Of a DNA stretch of 64,000 nt, positions 61,072-64,000 are shown in pieces; within the stretch, counting starts at the first letter, position 1; each line of letters begins with the position of its first letter. The translations under genes and the position numbers were made by a program. The DNA is from Lama glama (taxonomy: Eukaryota): NCBI GenBank assembly GCA_028534125.1, contig CM052816.1, forward strand, positions 72,914,001-72,978,000, read 5' to 3'. The notes beneath the pieces were generated by a model that was given only the letters and a program-made list of their open reading frames with translations, had not been told where the DNA came from and did not search any database.

Positions 61072-63940
61072 TGTTTTAAACAGCTTTATTGAAGCATAAT
61101 CACAGTTTTATTTATTAATACAATTTGTTATTTTAAAAGTTTTAGGACTACAGAAAATTTATAATAAAGGTACAGAGACATTCTTTATACCTCAAGCCCA
61201 GTTCCCCATGATATTAACATCTCATATTACTGTGATATATTTATCACAACAAATGAAATGATAATGACACGTGATTATTAACTAAAGCCCATGCTTTAGT
61301 TAGAGTTCTGCCATTTTTACCTAATGATACTATATTGCATATCATCATCATCACGACTCCCTTAGTCTCCTCTCGGTTGTGGCAGTTTCTAAGTTTTCTT
61401 GTTTTTGATGACCTTGACAGTTTTGAAGCATACTAGTCAGGTATTTTGTAGAATGTCCCTCCATTGGAATTTGTCCGATGTCTTTCTCATGATTACAATA
61501 CAGTTATATGGTTTTGTGTGGATGGCCACAGAGGTCATGTCATTCTCATCACATCACGTCAAGGGTACAGATTATCAACATGACTTATCACTGTTGATGT
61601 TAACCTTAATTGCATGGTTTAAGTGGTGCTTGACAGGTGTCTGCAATGTTTCTTTTCTTCCTTCTCATATTGTGCTCTTTGGGGAGAACTCACTATGCAT
61701 AGGCCACACTTAAGGGGTGAGTAGTTATGTTCCACCTCCACGAGAACAGGATATCTACAAAAATTGTTTGGAATTCTTCTGCATGGAAGATTTGTTTACT
61801 CTCTTAAATTATTTATTCAGTTACTCATTTATATAAGTATGGATTTATATGCTGGTTTATAATTTATAATTTATTACTCTTATATATTTTTTTGCTCAAA
61901 TTGTTCCACTTTGGCTAATGGGAGCTTTTTCATTTGGTTCCTGCGTCCCTTTGACAACTTGATCCATCACTGTAATTTGTTGAGTACCTCCTTATTTTCA
62001 GACTCTGTATAGTGTTCCAGGCTCATTTGATGTATTTATTGCTCCAGCAGTAGAATCAGCCTTTTCTTCAAGGACCCTTGCCTTTTTTTTTGGAAAATGA
62101 TATTAGAAAAAAGATTTGGGTATGAGATGTGCTTGTTGCTACTGAGGTATTGTTTCTAGACCCTCTCAGGTGGCAGAGCAAAAACTTAGTGTGCATACTA
62201 ACCCATACTCATATAAAAATCAATAAATATTTCTATATGTATTCATCTGAATCTATGTCAAGCTCAAAATGAGCTCATACTGATGTCTTCAACTCTAATT
62301 CATTACCACAGGCATCATTCTACCTTCTCCCCTTGCTGGTCTGCAAGCCTCTTTTCTAACAGTGAGTCTAAGCATGACTCTCATTGTCTGCTATTTACTG
62401 AAATATTCAATTCCAATATACACATACAGTGACTTCGGAATTCTTATTCTTTATCCCTATGGGAGAGAACTTTACCAACTAGAGTATAAATACTTTTGCC
62501 ATCAATTTTACAGTCTTCACCCATTTTCAAAGTTACTTAGGTAATTGTTCCCCTTTTTGTCTCATTCCCTTCAATTAGGGTATCTTATAAATTTGTCTTA
62601 CAGATTCTTTTGTCATAATCTGCATTCCTTTATAGGGTCCCCCAAACTTAAACAATTTTTTATCTTTAATTTATATATTCTAGGTTTTACTTTTGTGCCA
62701 TAAAGGGCTATGGGTTTTTGACACATGGGTAGTGTCTTGTATCTATCATTATAGGATTACATAATATTATACTGTTATATCCCCCAAATGCCCTGTACTT
62801 GGCTTATTCAATCCTTCTCCCTCCTGAAAGCCCTGGGAACAATTGATCTGCTTACCATCTGCATAGTTTTGTCTTCTCTAGTATGTCACATAAGTGGAAT
62901 CAAACAGTATGCAGACTTCTTGGACTGGCTTTTTTCACTTAACATTATGCGTTTAAGATTCATCATTGTTTTTGTGTAGATTGGTAAGCTCATTCTTTTT
63001 GTCACTGAATAGAAATCTGTTATATGGCTATAGCAGTTTGTTCATCCATTCACCTATTGAAGGGCATTTTACTTGCTTCTGATTTTTCACAATTTTAATT
63101 TTGCTACTATAAATATTTGTGTTCAGGATTTTGTGTGGACATAAGTTTTCAAATAAGTCGCGTAAGTACTTGAAAGTGTTATTGCTAGATCATATGGTAA
63201 TACTATATTTAGCTTTGTAATTAACTGCCAAACTCTCTTCCCAATTGTCTGTACCATTTTACATTTCAAACAATAAGAAATGAGTTTCTGTTATTCTACA
63301 TTTTTGTCAACATTTGCTACTGTCCAATTTTTAAATTTCTGCCTTTCTAAATAGGTGTGTAATGGTCTCTCACTGTTGTTTTAACATTCATTTATGTAAT
63401 AACATATAATGTTAAGCAATTCCAATATGCTTAATTTGTCGCCTGTCTGTTTTTTGGCAGGTGTCTGTTCAGATCTTTCGTCTACTTTTCAACTCAGTTC
63501 TTCATTTCTGACTTTGGAGTTTTAAGATGATTATATATTTTGGATACAAGAACTATATCAGAAATGTGATCTACAAATATTTTCTCTCAGCATATGGCCT
63601 CTATTTTTGTTCCTTTAACAATGTCACCTTCACAAACCAAATTTTTTTATCTTAATAAGATTTAATTAATCAATTTTTTATTCAATGGATGGTGCTTTTG
63701 GTGTTGTATCTAAAATCTCATCACTAAACACATGGTCATGTAGCATTTCTTTTATCTTTTCTTCCAGAAGATTTATGGTTTGTATTTTGCATTTATATCT
63801 ATGATTGATTTTCATTTTTTGGAAGCTATAAGTTCTGTGTCTGAGTTTGTTTATTTGCAAGTGGTCACCAAATTTTTCCAGATTGTCTTTGTAAATCGAT
63901 CATCCTTTCTCCATTGAATTGCTTTGGCATCTTTGTCAAG
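61072..63940 (-). mobile_element. Long old L1 (L1MD/L1MC3-like) 3' UTR plus ORF2 end
   Basis: About 2.9 kb continuous: TTTTAGGACTACAGAAAA...GTATTTTGTAGAATGTCCCTCCATTGG...TGTGTGGACATAAGTTTTC...CTTTTGGTGTTGTATCTAAAA...CCATTGAATTGCTTTGGCATCTTTGTCAA. Confidence 0.85.
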
Positions 63941-64000
63941 GGCTAGACATTTACCTGCTCTTCAGATGGAAGCCATTGTGTAAAATGGGCAGGTACAGAC

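Overview
AT-rich, repeat-laden mammalian non-coding DNA (intergenic or deep intronic), most likely from a camelid. The evidence for that is a tRNA-Ala-derived Vic-1-type SINE and camelid-type L1 3' ends. I recognised no functional protein-coding exon. The only clearly gene-derived feature is a full-length RPSA processed pseudogene (45256-46283, + strand). It has a 5' TOP start, two frameshifts, a poly(A) relic and a perfect 15-bp target-site duplication (TSD). The rest is layered mobile DNA: ERV1 solo LTRs, MaLR/MLT LTRs, a decayed ERVL gag-pro provirus with nested L1 and MLT2 insertions, old and young L1s, L2, MIR and DNA transposons. There are also microsatellites, a 100-N assembly gap and repeat-poor blocks carrying candidate regulatory motif clusters. 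Repeat family names come from recalled consensus sequences, and most boundaries without a TSD are approximate. I found no well-supported novel biological system. The best leads are regulatory: an LTR with an intact CArG-CCAAT-TATA promoter next to a GATA/NF-E2 cluster, an NKX2 site cluster, a nuclear-receptor half-site array, and MEF2/CTCF sites.
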